From a bacterium (GTDB lineage: Bacteria > Zhuqueibacterota > Zhuqueibacteria > Residuimicrobiales > Krinioviventaceae), in the NCBI GenBank assembly GCA_963675755.2, contig CAXXMD010000003.1, forward strand, positions 1,856,001-1,920,000: DNA of 64,000 nt. Direction: 5' to 3'. Positions 61,787-64,000 of this stretch are shown piece after piece. Within the stretch, counting starts at the first letter, position 1. Each line of letters begins with the position of its first letter. The notes below the pieces were generated by a model. That model was given only the letters and a program-made list of their open reading frames with translations. It had not been told where the DNA came from and did not search any database. Position numbers and translations under genes: made by a program.

Positions 61787-62827
61787 TCAAGTGTTTTTGT
61801 ACGATTTTGAGACACTATTGATCAGGGTCACAAAATCATCCATATTCCGGGGAATGATGGATATTTGCAAACAATACCAGTTTTGTGGTTCTGGTAAATC
61901 TTTGGGTAGCTTTACCCAGTCTTTTTCTGTTGTAATAATAATTTTTGCTTTCTGTTTTTTTTGCTGCTCTAACAGGTTTTGTATATCCTGTTGGGTATAA
62001 TTGTAATGATCTTTAAAAGACTTGAACAGTTTAATATTTGCACCCATTCCCCGCAATGTCGTTTTGAAATTTTCAGGATTCCCCAAACCGGAAAATGCAA
62101 TTATATCCATATTGTTGAGTTGATCCGGATTCATTACCGCATCTTGACTGAACAAACCAACGGTTTGATAATGTGCCCTGATTACAGGTTTGTCAGATTG
62201 CCGGGTTTGCTCTGGTAAAACATTCTGTGAACTGCCATTGATCCAGAATATATGGGCACGATTTAAATTTTGTAGAGGCTCGCGCAAGGGGCCGGCGGGT
62301 ATAGCCATTCCATTGCCTATGGGGCTCGCAGCGTTGAACGTAACAATATCCAAATCCCGTTTTAAACGACGATGCTGGAATCCATCATCCAGTATTATAA
62401 TATCGGATTGAAAACGGTCTTTAATGATTTGCGCGCCTCTTACCCGGTCACTGTCCACAACGACAGGTACCTCTGGCAGAGCGGTTGCAATCAGGAGCGG
62501 TTCGTCACCCGACAGGTCTACCGGTACCAATATGGATTCTCCATCAGAGACAATTACTGTCCCCCTGGATTTTCTGCCATATCCGCGGCTGAGTACACTA
62601 ACCCGATTGCCCTGTTTAACCAGCTCACGAGCCAGAGTTATTACCGTTGGTGTTTTACCTGTACCGCCAACAGTAATATTTCCCACGCTGATAATTGTAG
62701 TGGAAACTGAATAGGATTTTAAAATTCCCCGGTCGTAACAAAAATTTCTAATGCGAATTGCTGTCGCATATAATAGAGACAAGGGCCACAAGAGTATTCC
62801 CGGCCATTTACGCTGAAAATAGACCAT
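61787..62827 (-). CDS. lpxK: Tetraacyldisaccharide 4'-kinase
   Basis: ISVGNITVGGTGKTP, LSRGYG, GDEP, LDDGFQH, PAGPLRE, F.DH..Y, TTEKDWVK. Confidence 0.95.
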   Translation of the reverse strand: MVYFQRKWPGILLWPLSLLYATAIRIRNFCYDRGILKSYSVSTTIISVGNITVGGTGKTPTVITLARELVKQGNRVSVLSRGYGRKSRGTVIVSDGESILVPVDLSGDEPLLIATALPEVPVVVDSDRVRGAQIIKDRFQSDIIILDDGFQHRRLKRDLDIVTFNAASPIGNGMAIPAGPLREPLQNLNRAHIFWINGSSQNVLPEQTRQSDKPVIRAHYQTVGLFSQDAVMNPDQLNNMDIIAFSGLGNPENFKTTLRGMGANIKLFKSFKDHYNYTQQDIQNLLEQQKKQKAKIIITTEKDWVKLPKDLPEPQNWYCLQISIIPRNMDDFVTLINSVSKSYKNT

Positions 62828-63470
62828 CTGCCTCCGCTTGCAATTGATTCATATGATTTTCCAGTTTTTGTCTCCATGTTTCCATTTCTTCAGGAGATGC
62901 TTTGCGGGGCAGAGTTACCGGTTTGCCATAGGCAATTGTGATGCGGGTAAATGGCCACCAGATTGTAAATTTATCCCATGACTTGAACTCGATAGTTTTT
63001 CTGGCACCAAAGGTTATTGGCAGAATAACGGCGCCGGTACGTTGTGCCAAAAGGGCAGCACCCATTTTAAATTCGTGACGGGGGCCGGTTGGTCCATCCG
63101 GTAAGATGGTGCAATTGTTTCCTTTTTTTAATACTCTTAACATCTCACGGAATGCTTTGCTGCCACCTCGGGTACTTGAGCCGCGAATGGTTTTGTATCC
63201 CAGCCTTTCAATGGTTTTGGCAATAATTTCACCATCGCCATGTTCGCTTACCATTGCATAGATGTTCTGATTTCGGTGCGCAAAGATGGGCATTAGCATG
63301 TGACCATGCCAAACCACGTACATGATGGGTTTTCCGCAACGCTGCGCGTAACGAACATATTTGCGATTATGTATAGTTGATATTCCGGTTTTCCCTAAAA
63401 ACAGAATCAACAACCAGGCTAATTTAATAGCAATATAGGATAGCAGGTTTTTTTTTGCTTCTTTATTCAT
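62808..63470 (-). CDS. DUF374 lysophospholipid acyltransferase family protein (LpxJ-like)
   Basis: WHG, S.H.DGE, RGSSTRGG, PDGP.GP, SWDKF.I..PF; lies between lpxB and lpxK. Confidence 0.85.
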   Translation of the reverse strand: MNKEAKKNLLSYIAIKLAWLLILFLGKTGISTIHNRKYVRYAQRCGKPIMYVVWHGHMLMPIFAHRNQNIYAMVSEHGDGEIIAKTIERLGYKTIRGSSTRGGSKAFREMLRVLKKGNNCTILPDGPTGPRHEFKMGAALLAQRTGAVILPITFGARKTIEFKSWDKFTIWWPFTRITIAYGKPVTLPRKASPEEMETWRQKLENHMNQLQAEADGLFSA

Positions 63471-63475
63471 ATGAT

Positions 63476-64000
63476 TTATTTGATCATGTCCTGAATCAAT
63501 GATGCGGTTCGGGCGGCTGCACCCGGATTGCCCAGTTTGCCTCGCACTGTTTTGAGCTGTTGGATGCGTTGATCTCTATAATCATTATCAAACAGCAGTT
63601 TTTCAACTTCGGGTTTCAGGTTATCGCTGTTTAGGTCATCCTGAATGAATTCTCTGGCTACTTCTTTGCCCGCTACAATATTGGCAAGCCCAATGTGTTT
63701 GATTTTGACAACTCTTTTCCCAATGGCAAAAGACAAAGGAGATACCCGGTATGCTATGGCAAAAGGAGTTTCAAAGCAGGCAGTTTCTAATGTGGCTGTT
63801 CCGGATGCTACTATTGCTGCATCAGCATATTTCATAAGTTCGTAAACCTGACTAGATACAATATGTATATTTGCATTTTCCGGGATGTGGGCCTGTATCC
63901 GCTCTAATGTAATGGTTTCAGCCTTGCTGACAGCTATTTGCAGTTCCGGATGTTCTTTTTGTATCTCAAATGCGGTACTGAGCATTGCGGGCAGCAGAGA
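63476..64000 (-). CDS. lpxB: Lipid-A-disaccharide synthase, C-terminal part; 5' end outside the window
   Basis: The frame is open to the window edge (SLLPAML); motifs ASGTATLE, Y....LS, IGLANIVAG..V..EFIQ. Confidence 0.93.
   Translation of the reverse strand, partial: SLLPAMLSTAFEIQKEHPELQIAVSKAETITLERIQAHIPENANIHIVSSQVYELMKYADAAIVASGTATLETACFETPFAIAYRVSPLSFAIGKRVVKIKHIGLANIVAGKEVAREFIQDDLNSDNLKPEVEKLLFDNDYRDQRIQQLKTVRGKLGNPGAAARTASLIQDMIK

Overview
Bacterial chromosomal segment, probably from a non-Bacteroidota FCB-related lineage such as KSB1, Calditrichota or Ignavibacteria. This is inferred from NYPNPF-type secretion tails, SprA/C25/PorV genes and clear Shine-Dalgarno sites. Most of the window is envelope biology: lipid A/LPS genes (lpxB, DUF374, lpxK, lpxL-like, two GT9, lptFG), peptidoglycan genes (murE, aspartokinase, murA, murB), a TonB-ExbBD set, and a T9SS-like cluster (frameshifted sprA, glutaminyl-cyclase-like M28, DUF4390, repeat surface protein, C25 PorU-like, PorV-like, unknown barrel). 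There are also sugar enzymes and an orphan PduS/PduT microcompartment pair. Four elements stand out. (1) An AT-rich two-gene islet (NYN RNase + DUF4062 protein) is preceded by a GC-rich structured leader RNA with a U-tract, resembling an RNA-antitoxin/abortive-infection module. (2) One operon consists of two Asp-to-Glu pseudo-receiver/DUF4388 proteins and two P-loop-dead small-GTPase-like domains. (3) A complete sigma54 promoter (enhancer boxes, IHF-like sites, -24/-12) sits directly behind an NtrC-type activator and in front of an unannotated sigma-like gene and a zinc anti-sigma-like gene. (4) A TonB-type membrane anchor is fused to a BlaI-like winged helix. I saw no rRNA, tRNA, CRISPR array or transposase. 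All family calls come from motif recognition by eye, not database searches.
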